A program made the translations under genes and the position numbers. Shown here in pieces: positions 26,135-39,760 of a stretch of 64,000 bases of DNA. Each line of letters opens with the position of its first letter. The stretch's first letter is position 1. The DNA is from Octopus sinensis (lineage: Eukaryota). The DNA lies in the NCBI RefSeq assembly GCF_006345805.1, contig NC_043013.1:52638001-52702000 (forward strand). Reading direction: 5' to 3'. The notes beneath the pieces were generated by a model that saw nothing but the letters and a program-made list of their open reading frames with translations, searched no databases and was not told the DNA's origin.

Positions 26135-29125
26135 TTTCAGCCTCCCACATGTCAAATGGCTAGGAGGCTACGCCCTCTCTGGGATGTCACTGCATGAACA
26201 AAAGCATGCAGAGTCATTATTTGAACTTATTAATCAGGTGTTCATGGAACAAGTGATACCCAGGCCAACCAGGGAAAACAACATAATGTGAAGGGGACTC
26301 CAACGGCACTCTCAGTCCACAACATTGTTAGTTAGTTAGTTAGTTAATTTGGCTCAAAAGCAAATAGCAAGGCCATGTAGGGGGACATGGAGTTAAGTAC
26401 AGGGTGGTGTTCGTGTAAAGAGTTCAGGCCACTTGAGGTCCAGGGAGGCTTTGAACAAAGCGGTCGTCGGCATCTTCACCATCTCGTCTGGCAGCTTGTT
26501 CCACGGATCCGCAACCCGGACGGAGAAAGCTCCTCTCCTTCGATTGAGATTAAATCGTCGCAGGTAGAGCTTTTCGGAATGACCCCGCTGCCGACGCTCT
26601 GGAACAGGAGTGAAGAACAGCTTTTTCGAGAGGTTACAGTTTCCGCTAATGATGTTGTGGGGGAGAATGAGATCACCACGGCGGCGGCGTTTTTCAAGAG
26701 AATAAAGGTCGAGCGTCCTCAGCCTTTCTTCGTAGGACAAATTTTTGAGACCATGAACCATGCGGGTAGCTAGCTTCTGGACTCTTTCGAGATGCTGTAT
26801 GTTAAACTAACTATGTTTGGTCCTCCACGAAATGTTGGTATTTACCCTGGCAGGAGGACTCAAGCCTTATCCAACCTGAATTTCCATAAGGCAAAATCGG
26901 AATCAATCGGCAAAGAGACCCACAAAAGAAAATGGTCCAACATTCTGTGTATGCAAGACATTAAGGGACATTGCATAAATTCAGCCAGTTTATGTCAACA
27001 GTGCAAGCTATATGCTCTAACAGCATACTGACAAACAAGATTCCCTGGGACAGAGAAATCTCATGACGCAGGTCAAAGATCTCAAAGCTGCTGAATAGGC
27101 AACTGGAGGATAAAGAGAAGTCTATCTTAACACGGATGCGCCTAGAAATTGAAAACAATAACAAACTCTCTCATGAAAGAGATAGAACAGAGAGAGAGGG
27201 GGAGAGGGGGAGAGAGAGAGAGGGATGGGCTGTGGAAAGCATAAAAACAAATCACAAAGCTTTCTATAAATTTGCAAAGGAAACAGCCACAATGCATTAT
27301 AAAATAGGATAATTGTTCCTAGGGAATGACTCACTAAGGGCGGGCCAAAGAATGACAAGTGTGACACTTAGTGAACAATTTAAAAGTGTCTTCACTTCCC
27401 CACTTGGACATATGCGGATAAAAAATCCGGCTGAATTCTTTGATATTGCAGCTCTAAATAAGGAGGCGCCATCCGTCGATTACATCAACGTTGAGGAAAC
27501 AGATGTAACAACGGCCGTAGATGAAATGAGCTCATGCTCCGCCACTGGTCCTGATGGCTTCCCAGCTATTCTCCTAAAGTCACGTAAACAGGCTTCAGCG
27601 AAACCACTTCAGATACTTTTCCAAAGTTTCCTTGCAAGTGCCATACTTCCAGAAAAGCTGGAAGAAAGTATTATATGCCCTATCCACAAAGGTGGAAGTA
27701 GAGCTGAGGCCAAAAACTAAAGGCCAATCTCTCTGACTTCGCGTATCAGTAAAGTCATGGAGCGAATCCTCAGAGAGAAGTTGATAATGTTCCTAGAAGA
27801 AAAGAACCTACTGAACAATACACAGCATGGCTTCCGTCTAGGAAAATAATGCATCACACAGCTCCTACAGCACTATGACTGGGTTTTGAAACAGCTGCTT
27901 GACCATTCAGATGCCAGCGTGATATACCTTGACTTTGCAAAGACATTTGATAAGGTAGATCATGGCACGATAATTCATAAGCTACGAGACCTTGGCATTG
28001 CTAGTAAACTGAGAGAGTGGCTGTGTGACTTCCTTGAATCCATAAGTCAGATAGTTGCAGCCAATGGCTCCCTTTCTGAGGAAACTCAAATCCTAAGTGG
28101 TGTCTCCCAGGGAACTGTTCTGGGCCATTAGTGTTCATAATAACTCTCTTAGATATGCTCACGGTCACTCGGACAGACTCTGTCAGTAGCTATACTGATG
28201 ATACAAAATTATCACAGGTAATAAAAGATCAAGATAATGTCACAAGCTTACAGCAGGACCTAAATTCAATATATAAGTGGGCCGAAATAAACACCATTTT
28301 CAAGCACTTCACTATCAACTCACGAATACAGTACAATCTACATTTACAGGACCCGAAGGCACTACAATCCCAGAGTCACAAGCAATGAAAGACTTGGGGA
28401 TCGGTATGTGCAATAATGCATCATTTTATATGCACATTAGGAAAATGGTACCAAAGTGCAGAAACCTGGCAGGATGGATACTGAAGTCCTTCAAGACAAG
28501 AAACCAAGAAACTCTGTTGACCCTGTGGAAAACCTTTGTTCTCAGCCGCTTGGACTACTGCTCACAGTATTGGTCACCACACAGTGCCATGCTAACAGCG
28601 GAGCTTGAAGCTGTCCAACGCCACTACACTAAAAAGATTGAAACAGTGCAGCGGATGAGCTACAGGGATAAGCTGAGAAAACTGCAACTTTACTCCCTTG
28701 AGTGAAGGCGCGACAGATATGCAATAATCTACATATGGAAAACTCTAGAAGGGCTGGTACCTAACTTTGGCATTGATGTTTTACAAATGCCAAGACTGGC
28801 CGCCATTTTATTGTACCAAAGATACCATCCACTCCATCTAAATTCAGGACCAGGTATTGCAATAGTCTAAAGTTCAAAGGCTCTTCAATGCCCTGCCACC
28901 AAAATCAAGAGATTTGCATAAGGTGGAAGTAGATGTCTTCAAAAAGGAACTAGACATGAGGTAGAGACGAGGGCAGCGAAATCAAACTCCCTTATATACC
29001 AAATGGCCCGACAGCTGGGACAAAGACACATCCATGAGTGGTGATGTGAAACACCCAGGCTGAGGAAGTCAGAAAGACCATGGTGGTGATCCAGCATGAC
29101 CACGGCCGCATGATGAAACGAATTA
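26135..29125 (+). mobile_element. Decayed CR1-clade LINE (APE endonuclease end plus RT)
   Basis: FSLPHVKW..MEQVIPRPTRENNI (APE), GPDG, PIHKGGSRAEAKN*RPISLTS, QHGFR, IYLDFAKTFDKVDH, SGVSQGTVLG, YTDDTK, SRLDYCSQYWSP, LQLYSLE. Many stops and frameshifts. Confidence 0.92.
26331..26799 (-). mobile_element. 5'-truncated CR1-type LINE nested antisense in the older LINE
   Basis: LERVQKLATRMVHGLKNLSYEERLRTLDLYSLEKRRRRGDLI...RGHSEKL...FSVRVADPWNKLP, with a (CTAA)n tail. TGTTA is repeated at 26326-26330 and 26800-26804. Confidence 0.92.
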
Positions 29126-29131
29126 ATATTA

Positions 29132-30420
29132 CGAGGGACGTTCAATAAGTAATGCCTCTGACCCACTTGCAGTTGTTTGATCTAGCTGAAATTTTGTCTG
29201 TGCAATTATTTATATCTCTATAGATTACGTGGCAAATTACAGCTATGAAATGATTGTGGTTTCTGATTTACAGGTGTTTGAACTGAGTCAAGTGTGAAAT
29301 GGAGCCTGTTGAGTGTCGAGCAGTGATCCGGTTTTTGTATTTGAAAGGACGCACACCACGGGAGACATTTGATGAAATGAAAGTAACTTATGGTGATGAT
29401 GCCCCATCATATGACCTTGTAAAACCCTGGCATCGTAAATTCAAACATGGTCGGAACTCTGTGGAAACAGCTCCCAGATCTGGTCGCCCCTTCTGCCATT
29501 GATGAGGCATCTGTCCGTCAAGTTGAGGCTGCCATTTTGGAAGATCGACGCATAACAATTCGCCAAATAGCCCATCAGGTCAAGATTAGTACCGGGTCTG
29601 TGGAAACTATCATTCATGACCATTTGCATATGCAAAAGGTGTCTGCCAGATGGATTCCCAGGCTGCGCACACCTTTCCAGAAGCAAGAACGCGTCGGGTG
29701 CTCGAGGATGAATTTGGAGATGTGCCAAGAAGATGAGTCAAAATTTTTCAAAAGACTGATTACACAGGATGAAACCTGGGTCCATCACTATGATCCAGAG
29801 ACCAAAGCCCAGTCAATGCAGTGGAAGCACCGTGACTCACCTCCTCCAAAGAAGGCAAGGGTGCAGCCCTTCGCTGGCAAGGACATGCTCACAGTCTTCT
29901 GGGACCAGGACGGAGTAGTGATGACAGATTTCCTGGCAAAGGGTACCACAATTACAGGAGCCTATTATGCTTCACTTTTGAGGAAATTAAGAGAAGCTAT
30001 CAAAATCAAGAGGCGGGGCAAGATCAGAAAAGGCATCCTCCTCCTACAGGACAACGCTCCGGTCCACAACTCGCGTGTCGCCAGATCAGAAGCACAGGCG
30101 TACGGCTATGAACTCCTCCCCATCCCCCCATCTCTCCTGACCTTGAACCCTCTGATTTTCACCTCTTCCCAGCCATGAAGTTGTTTCTGAAGGGAAAGCG
30201 TTTCACAGATGATGCAGCCTTGATTTCTGAAGTCACGTCGTGGTTGGAGGACCAAGCTGGGGTCTTCTATAAAAACGGGCTCCAGAGCTGCATCAAACAA
30301 TGGGAGAAATGCGTAACTCTGGGTGATTCCTATGTAGAAAAATACTAATAACTGTGCCAAGTTTCGTTGCTCTACTGCAATGGGAAGTGGGTCAGGGGAT
30401 TACTTATTGAACGCCCCTCG
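29132..30420 (+). mobile_element. Full-length mariner (Tc1/mariner) transposon, 1289 bp
   Basis: TIRs cgagggacgttcaataagtaatgcctctgacccactt / aagtgggtcaggggattacttattgaacgcccctcg, with TA on both sides. Confidence 0.96.
29299..30348 (+). pseudogene. Mariner transposase, two or more frameshifts
   Basis: MEPVECRAVIRFLYLKG HTH, WIPR, ITQDETWVHHY, LQDNAPVH, degenerate SPDLxPSDF, and C-terminal YVEKY*. Confidence 0.93.
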
Positions 30421-30791
30421 TAATTTCTGCCCTCAACATTTTTTAGGATTAGTAGGTATACCACGACGATATTCAAACTACCCAGATTCTTATACGAAAC
30501 GAAATATACTTTCGTCTATAAGATCCCTTCTCTTATTAATATCAATTATATTCCTTATATTCATTGTATGAGAAAGTTTTATTTCCCAGTGAGCAATTAT
30601 TCGTTCAAATCCTCTTAGCACTCGACTTCCGCATTCAAATAGAAACGAGGGCTTTATTCATTTAAATTTTATGACCCAACGTGGGCAATAAGGATTACAA
30701 GGTGCAAATTCCACACTTATGGAACAAATAATTTTCTTCCATGGTCACTCTATATTTATTCTTAAACTTTTCTTACACACATGCATAAGGT

Positions 30792-30839
<48 letters not shown>

Positions 30840-30887
30840 TGATACACGCACAGGCACATACAAACACACACACAGATAGATGGATAT

Positions 30888-30918
<31 letters not shown>

Positions 30919-30999
30919 CATACATACATACATACATACATACATACATACATACATAAATGTATTTCTATACGTAATTATATAGAGACGCATATTAAG

Positions 31000-31205
31000 T
31001 TCGGGTGCAATAATAGGTATACAGTTATGAAAAAAGAAAACACGTACAATACACATTTATTTTTATCAAAATACTTAAACATTACGATAAAAGTATAATT
31101 ATAGTAATGATAAAAATATCAGAAATGAGGTTGACTTTAAAATATTTTTGATAAAAATATTTGAGTATTGTACGTATTTTCCATTTCATAAATGTATACC
31201 CACTT
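31000..31205. mobile_element. MITE-like inverted-repeat element
   Basis: ggtatacagttatgaa...cgtacaatacaca..tttttatcaaaa pairs with ttttgataaaaa..gagtattgtacg...ttcataaatgtatacc. A SINE abuts the right end. Confidence 0.65.
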
Positions 31206-31209
31206 TTGC

Positions 31210-31580
31210 GTGGAAGCGCAATGGCTCAGTGGTTAGGGCAGCAGACTTGTGGCCGTACGATCGGGCGTTGTGAGTGTTTATTGAAGGAAACCACACACCT
31301 AAAGCTCCACGAGGTTCCGGCAGGGGGTGGTGGCGAACCCTGCTATACTCTTTCATCACAACTTTCTCTCACTCTTTCTTCCTGTTTCTGTTGTACCTGT
31401 ATTTCAAAAGTGCCAGCCTTGTCACACTCTGCGCCACGTTGAATCTCCCCTGAGAACTACGTTAAGGTTACACGTGTGTGTGGAGTACTAAAACCACTTG
31501 CACGTTAATTTCCCGAGCAGGTTGTTCCGTTGATCGGATCAACAGGAACCCTCGTCGTCGCAACCGACGGAGTACCACGA
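31210..31580 (+). mobile_element. SINE family B
   Basis: gcgcaatggctcagtggttagggcagc A box. Tail cacgttaatttc..agcagg..gttccgttgatcggatcaac..cgtcgtcgcaaccgacggagtacc also occurs reversed at 32310-32400. Confidence 0.8.
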
Positions 31581-31859
31581 CCTACTCTTTCCAATGACAC
31601 ACAAATATGTAGCTTGGTGTGAGATAGACATCAGGTCTTCTAAACATAAACATAAACAACATATTGAACGCACACACACAATGTGCACACGAGAAATGAC
31701 AACAACTATGTACAGACTCATCTCGGAAATCTTGCTTTATCTTTGTATTACCATGTGTGTGCGTATGTTTATGATTAAATATAGATAAATAGATAAATAT
31801 ATAGATAGATACATACATACATAAATAGTTTGATAGATAGGTAAATAGAAAGGTAGAGC

Positions 31860-31925
<66 letters not shown>

Positions 31926-32309
31926 AAGGTAGATAGGTAGATAGATAGGTAGGCAGATAGGTAGATATTAGATAGATAGATAGATAGATAGATAGATTGA
32001 CGAGTATGTAGCATCAGTATATGTGGGCCGGCGTTGTGTTTATGTGTGTTGCCTTCGGGTTAAGCTGCTTTTACACTTTAATCATTTATTACACTGATAG
32101 CAACAATATCAATCAATGATTGCTTCAGTTTTATCTATCACAGATCAATAGCATTCAAACCAATAACTTTTGATTGTGCAATCGTGTTTGGAATCTTTTT
32201 GCTTGCAACATTTAAATCATACATTTAAATTCAACTTCATTTTTTGCAAATGCTACAAAATCCACTTAAAATTCCATATAGAATTTTTTCTCTTTCGGTC
32301 TAGATAAAA

Positions 32310-32645
32310 CGGTACTCCGTCGATTACGACGACGAGTCTTTCACGTGATCTGATCAACGAGACATCCTGCTTGTGAAATTAACGTTCAAGTGATTGAACA
32401 CTTCACAGACACGCGTACTCTTAACAAAGTTCTCGGGGAGATTCAGCGTGACACTGAATGTGACACTGAATGTGACAAGGCTGCTCCCCTTTGGAATTAC
32501 AGGCACCACTCATTTTTCCCAGCTGAGTGGACTGGAGCAACGTGAAACAAAGTGTCTTGCTCAAGGACACAACGCGTCGCCGGGAATCGAACTCACCACC
32601 TTACGGAAATGAGCCGATTACCCTAACCAGTAAGCCACGCGCCTT
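32310..32645 (-). mobile_element. SINE sharing the family B tail
   Basis: ggtactccgtcgattacgacgacg tail and gtgtcttgctcaaggacacaacgc...gggaatcgaactc head. Confidence 0.75.
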
Positions 32646-32744
32646 CATCTCTCTCTTGATAGTTAAAGACAATCCATGTTATTCCTATTTTCTGACAATA
32701 GCAGAACGTTAGTAGAATTTTTTTCTAGTGTGTAAAAAATCATT

Positions 32745-33320
32745 TCTATTATAGGACCAAGTCCTGAAATATGGGGGAGGTTGGATAGTCGATTACATCG
32801 AGTACTGGTACTCAACTGGTACTTAATTTATCGACCCCAAAAGGAAGAAAGGTAAAGGCGACCTCGGCGGAATTTTAACTTAAAACGTAACAACAGACGA
32901 AATACCTATTTCTTTACTATCCATAAGGGGCTAAACACAGAGAGGACAAAAATGGTCAGACAAACGGATTAAGTCGATTATATCGACCCCAGTGCCTAAC
33001 TGGTACTTATTTAATCGACCCCGAAATGATGAAAGGCAAAGTCTACCTCGCCGGAATTTGAACCCAGAACGTAGCGGCAGGCGAAATACCTATTTCTTTA
33101 CTACCCACAAGGGGCTAAACACAGAGGGGACAAACAAGGACAGACAAACGGATTAAGTTGATTATATCGACCCTAGTGCGTTACTGGTACTTATTTTATC
33201 GACCCCCAAAGGATGAAAGGCAAAGTCGACCTCGGCGGAATTTGAACTCAGAATGTGGCGGCAGACGAAATACCGCTAAGTATTTCGTCCGGCGTGCTAA
33301 CGTTTCTCCCAACTCGCCGC
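32745..33320 (-). mobile_element. Head-to-tail trimer of SINE family A
   Basis: Three ~182 bp units with the same junction cgaaatacc|tatttctttact at ~32900 and ~33083. Confidence 0.88.
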
Positions 33321-34281
33321 CTATTTGATTGTAAATAATGTTTTAGCATAATGTTTATTTCGTAATTGTTGTAAATTAATTTCTCGACGAGAAAAATTAT
33401 TTTTCCTTCAATTTTTCTCAAAGCAAAAAATAAACTCCACTTTTTGTCCCACCCAGCGGGTAGCATGTTTGACATTGTTATTCCAATACCCTGATTTTCT
33501 TCTAAATAGCATTATATAATCTCCCATATTCTCATAAATATTGGTATTATGTCGTTGCCTTAAAGGTTTCTGCTGACAAATAAGCTCGTGTAATCCTTGA
33601 TCAATAGATCGGCCAGACATTGATGTATCAATAATAACTAAGCGTGATTCATCCTCGATAACAACGAGAATCACCTCATCCTGCTATGATATTCGTAATT
33701 CTAAACATTAAAACGCCTAATAAGGTCTTCGTAAAATTTCCCTTCTCAGATCTTCCGATATAAAACATCAAACAGGCAAAAGATACCTGCAATTGCAGCC
33801 AATAGATTCATATCAATTCCTTATTATGTCTTCAATCTTGTAAACAAATTAGGAAATTGGAAACCGCCATTATCTTTAAGATATCCAAAGTAAATCTGTC
33901 CACGTTTATATGTTTTTCAGTAGTCAGCGTCTTATAGAATTTATTGCGACAATCTCTCCCTCTTTCTCTCACTTTTTCCTTCTCTCTTTCCCTTTCTCTC
34001 TCTCAATTTTCCTCTTTATCTCTCTCCCTCTTTCGGTTCACATCGAATGCACCGGTACAACGGTCGCTCATAAAACATTTAATCACGCAAATATATCGAA
34101 TTGTGGATAGGAACATGTGAGAATATAAATTTAATTGTTTGTGATTCATTTAACTAACTCCCATCCGACATTCTCCATTCAGGTACACGGTGCAATGTAG
34201 ATCAATTATTTATAAATGGCATGATACGTGTGTGCGCTTATATTATATTATATTGCATTACATTATGTTATATACATAGAT

Positions 34282-34339
<58 letters not shown>

Positions 34340-34458
34340 ATACATACATTCATACACACAAATACAAACATATGCGCATGTATATGCACGTTTATATGAG
34401 CACAAACTCATACACACACACACACTCACACACACACACTCACACACTCACACACACA

Positions 34459-34501
<43 letters not shown>

Positions 34502-34824
34502 GATAGTCTACGGAAACACACCGACATCGGTGCAGTATTGACAAATAATATCAATGGAATTACTAAATTATATAATATACAGAGAAGACAATCCATGAAT
34601 AAAGAATTCCAGGAACCTATTTAAACATGCATGACTGTGTGCTTAAGGAGATTGTGTTGTGAAAATGATGTTATCGGTTCGATCCCACTACACGTTATTT
34701 CATTCAAGTCTATTTTTAACACGTCATATAAGTTCGTGGGGACAAATACGTTTTGATTGGAAATTATTTGACGCTAATTTGTGGAAACCTGTCTCTCTTT
34801 CCCTCTGTATACATACATACACAG

Positions 34825-34877
<53 letters not shown>

Positions 34878-35481
34878 TAATATACATATGTATGTGTGTG
34901 TATGCATGTGATATGTGTATATGTATATAACATACATATATATATATACAAATAGATAGATAGATAGATATCACAGGGCGTTTTCGTCAAGTGACGTAAT
35001 TAAATACGCATGCACTATGAGTGCCCAGTTTGATTTACCATTAAAACTCCAGCATGAGATTCAACTGAAGACTGTGGTGTAGAGACTACTTAGCAAAGGC
35101 GGCCAGAAATAGTTTCACTTCGAACGGGTGGATATCGATTGGAAAAAGCAAATTATTTTGCATCACTTGAAGAACATTCGATTTAGATAAGGAGCGTATA
35201 TAACGGATAGAGACTGTTACAGTTGTTTCTAGAATAGCCAGAAATATGGGTCATGGTATTGAATAAGGATTCCATAAGCTATGTCCTTACTCAATACCAT
35301 GATCTACACTCTTCGCCATTCTAGAGGTAGCTGTGAGAGGCACTATCTGTTCATATTCTCTATCAAAGTTAAATGTTGTTTGAATAACATCAAATATCTT
35401 GACTATTCGTGTTTTATTATAATCTCTTTCTCTTTCTCTCTCTTTCTCTCTCTTTCTCTCTCTCTCCCTCTCTCTCTCTCC

Positions 35482-35527
<46 letters not shown>

Positions 35528-35564
35528 GTGTGCATGTGTGGACATATGAACATGCATAATCGTT

Positions 35565-35788
35565 AGCTGACAGAAACGTTCGCGCGCCGGGCGAAATGTT
35601 TAGCGGTATTTCGTCTGCCATTATGTTCTGAGTTGAAATTCCGCTGAGGTCGACTTTGCCTTTCATCCTTTCGGGGTCGATTAAATAAGTACCAGTTACG
35701 CACTGGGGTCGATGTAATCGACTTAATCCCTTTGTCTTTCCTTGTTTGTCCCCTCTATGCTTAGCCCCCTGTGGGCAATAAAGAAATA
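35565..35788 (+). mobile_element. SINE family A with ...ttagccccctgtgggcaataaagaaata tail
   Basis: Monomer of the unit type seen at 32745-33320. Confidence 0.85.
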
Positions 35789-36944
35789 TATACATATACA
35801 TGCATACATACATATGATGAAAAAACAGTAATAACTACCACTGGTACTAAGGTTCATAGGGTCAATTACTCGTTTTCCATTGAGTACAAGTACAAGAGTA
35901 CATCAGAGCATGTCCCTTGGACGGGACGACAGGGACTCATTTGCCATTCCTTCTGAGTGGAGTAAAACAACATTAAGTGAAATTTTTGCTCTAGAACACA
36001 ATCATCGCTCGGTCAAGGAATCTAAACCAAGATCTAGCGATCGTAGGCGCAACACCCTAACCTCTGGGTCATGTACCTTCACACTGATGATAAAATCAAA
36101 TTGTCATTGTCATTTATTTATATATTTAGTTAACTAATTTATTAATTAGTTAGTTCGTTAGTTAGTTACTTAATTAGTTAGTAGGTTAGTTATTACTTAT
36201 TGATAGTTTATTAGATTTATGCAGATAAAGAGTGGTATTCGCGCTTTTTTAATATTTTGTCAGTTCTAGACAAACTTAAAACTCCTTCGAACTCCAAATA
36301 GACAGTTGTACTTTCCACTGTACTTTTAAGCGTATGATCTATCTTTGAGACAAAATACTGCATGTTCTGCTGTTTCTTCAACAGAAAGGAAACGCTTATA
36401 GTGTACTAAAGGGGAGAGCAGTCGCATATCTCCGTCGATTTTTACGACATGGTGATATGGTTATGCTGACACTAGTTGCGTCATTTTCACCATGACAGCT
36501 AACTTTAAAAGGAAAGATTTCAGAGAAGTATGGAATATCTTCAATAGAATTTCTATAACAAATAGAATATATTACTCTGCTTTCGTTATTGAGTACTTAC
36601 GTTATCCGATATTCTGCGCGCTCGAGTTTCTATTGTTTTTTTGGTAGAAGAATATTACATAGATATGGATAAAATCGTTTCGATTTTCGGTATACATACA
36701 TATTCATTCACATATACTTATAAACACACCTACCCAAAACCCACCCACTCACCCACTCACACACACACACAAACAGCTAGATCGATCGCTCGATAGATAG
36801 ATATATATATAACTTCGTGCATATACATATATACAATATATTTATATATATATCTATATATATATATATATATTATATATATATATATTATATATATATA
36901 ATATATATATATATATGAATATATTAAAAACCTATAGATCTCTT

Positions 36945-36988
<44 letters not shown>

Positions 36989-38721
36989 ATTATATATATA
37001 CATACATATGTATACATACACATATAGATGCATGTATACTTACATTTATATATATATATATATATATATGCATACACACAAATATATATGCAGATATATG
37101 TGTGTATGTGTATATATATATATGTGTGTGTGTGTGTATGCATGCATGTACGTATATATATATGCATATATGTTAGTATATGGGTATATATATATTCATA
37201 CATACACACATGTACACACACAATAATTATATATGTAATATTTACTTCAGACTTATAAAAAATATATACATCCTGGATTTATTAAAATAAAGAAAAAGAA
37301 TAGGAACGAAAAGTAGCAGAACATTGTGCATTCCTCTAAAAGTTTTCAAGCTTTACTTCCAAGATTAGAAATAAAGAAAAAGGGGGGAAAAAAACTCGAT
37401 TCTTGATTTATAGGAAAGAGTATTCCATCATAAAAAGAATTTTGAGATTTGAGATATAAGGCGATCGGATTCTTGGAAGTCAAAAGAAACGACTTAATGC
37501 TTATATTTTATTTTATTTCTAAGAACAAATGGATATTGCATTAATAAAAAAGAAAAAGTACAAACTGGATTCATAAGAAAATGACATTAGATTCATCAAG
37601 CGTAGGTGAAAAAGGTGAAAAAGAAGCCGAGAACTATATCTTGCAATGTAATAAGAAGTAAAGACTGCCGGTAAAATAAAAACTCATAAATTGGAATCTT
37701 AATAAATCATTGTCATTTTTTCTTTTCTTGTCTTATTATTCCTGCAATATTATTTCAGTATATTGTATCACTGAAAGATGTCAGGTTGAGATTGAACCCG
37801 CAGTAATCATGGCGATGTCAGGAACTCGTGGCACGGAAATAATTCCCGCGCCCACCCAGCAGGTTGGTGTAGACGTTGATATGGATCTATGCTTCAGTGG
37901 GATTTATAATATTGGTCCTTGAAGAGTAACAGTGAAATATCCCTCAAAATCTATTTCCTTATGTCCTGAAAATATAAGGGCGCATTGAATAATGTAATCC
38001 AAAATAAATTATGCCTTGAAAAGACGGTAACCGATTGCTTACTGATCCGCTCTATTTATGTTCCTAAACAACAAGAACAACAATACCCATAAGGAGAAAG
38101 CCTATAACTGGTATAATGGAGCTGATAAAGCAGGTTTAATGGACTACTATAATTTATGTTATTTATAACATCCGGATAATAGAGATTACATTTTATTAGT
38201 AAGGTGGACTTAATAGTAAATTTAACGATTAGTATGTGTAGCTGAATATGATTTTGTAAGGGTACATATCGCCTGACACTCTTGTTGTGGTCTGGTAGAA
38301 ATAGCAGATAGATCACACTCAACGGACACCCTATAACAGTACTGCAAATTGAAAAACAGTTTTGAGAGAATTTAGCTTTACATTTACTGTGTTTCAATAA
38401 AACACAGGATTCCTTTATTCCTTAATTCCTTTACTTGATTCAGTCATCAGAATGAGGCCTTGTTGGGGCACCGCCTTAGCGAATTCTAGTCGAACGAATC
38501 GGCCCTAGTACTCATATTTTTTTTTTTTGCAGGCCTTGTCGTTATTTTGTCGGTAGCTTTGCTGAACTGCTATGTTACGGGACGTAAAGACACCAGCGAT
38601 GGTTGTCAAGTGATGGTGGAAAAAAAACGCAAAGAAACGCACATAAATATACATGCATAAACACACACACACGTATATATATATATATACATGGGGAGAG
38701 AGAGAGAGAGAGATAGAGAGA

Positions 38722-39035
38722 GAGAGAAAAGATGAAAAAACAGAGAAGATTGTTTTACAGGATCTAAGAGAATAGTCGAGCCATGATAATAAAGATATTA
38801 TATAATTTTGTACAAAATAAGGTTTTGTTCTGTCAACGTAATTGAAGTAAGGACCGGTTTGGCATTGTTCTCAGCTTGATGAGTAATGTGAAACTGGTCC
38901 TTACTTCAATTATGTTGAAAGAACAAAACCTTATTTTGCGCAAAATTGTATAATATCTTTATTATTAATATTTGAATGTTTTCTTAGATCCTGTAAAACA
39001 AATCTTCTCTGTTTTTTCATCTTTTCTCTTTCTCT
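38722..39035. repeat. ~310 bp imperfect palindrome centred on a degenerate minimal HHR
   Basis: Arms are reverse complements around ~38875. The right arm begins TTGATGA-gtaatgt-GAAA-ctgg-TC, and the left arm on minus reads CTGAGA-acaatgc-CAAA-ccgg-TC. Confidence 0.85.
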
Positions 39036-39399
39036 ATTTAGATCCACCACATGTGTTTCCGCACGAAATGAACGCACCCACGTTGTGATAGACTCGTGCT
39101 ATCCGAAACGATATCGGTACAGGAGGTTAGTAAGTGTTGAGCATGTACGCATGTCCACAACATATATAGATGTCTATAAGCTGGTAATACACCATCAACA
39201 AAGTTTATTAACCGGCGCACCGCTGCTAATTACACGCGAGGAAAAACTAAGCATTAGTTTTACGCGTTACGTAAAACATGTTAAAAGAAGATTCAAAACA
39301 TACGTAGACTTGATTTACTTTTTGTAATCCTTAAAACTAATCAATTTATATAAGTATATATATATGTATATATATATATATGTATTTATATATGTATGT

Positions 39400-39760
39400 A
39401 GGGGTGGCTGTGTGGTAAGTAGCTTGCTTACGAACCACATGGTTCTGGGTTCAGTCCCACTACGTGGCACCTTGAACAAGTGTCTTCTGCTATACCCTCG
39501 GGCTGACCAAAGTCTTGTGAGTGGATTTGGTACACGGAAACTGAAAGAAATGGTGTGTCTGTGTTTGTCCCCCCCCCGATATCGCTTGACAACCGATGCT
39601 GGTGTGTTTATGTCCCTGTAACTTAGCGGTTCGGCTAAAAGAGACCGATTGAATAAGTACTAGGCTTACTGGGGTCGATTTGCTCGACTAAAGACGGTGC
39701 TCCAGCATGGCCACAGTCAAATGACTGAAACAAGTAAAAGAGTAAAGAGAGTAAAGAGAA
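39400..39760 (+). mobile_element. SINE family C, full length
   Basis: gtggctgtgtggtaagtagcttgctt (A box), gggttcagtccc (B box), and tail cggtgctccagcatggccacagtcaaatgactgaaacaagtaaaagag. Confidence 0.85.
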
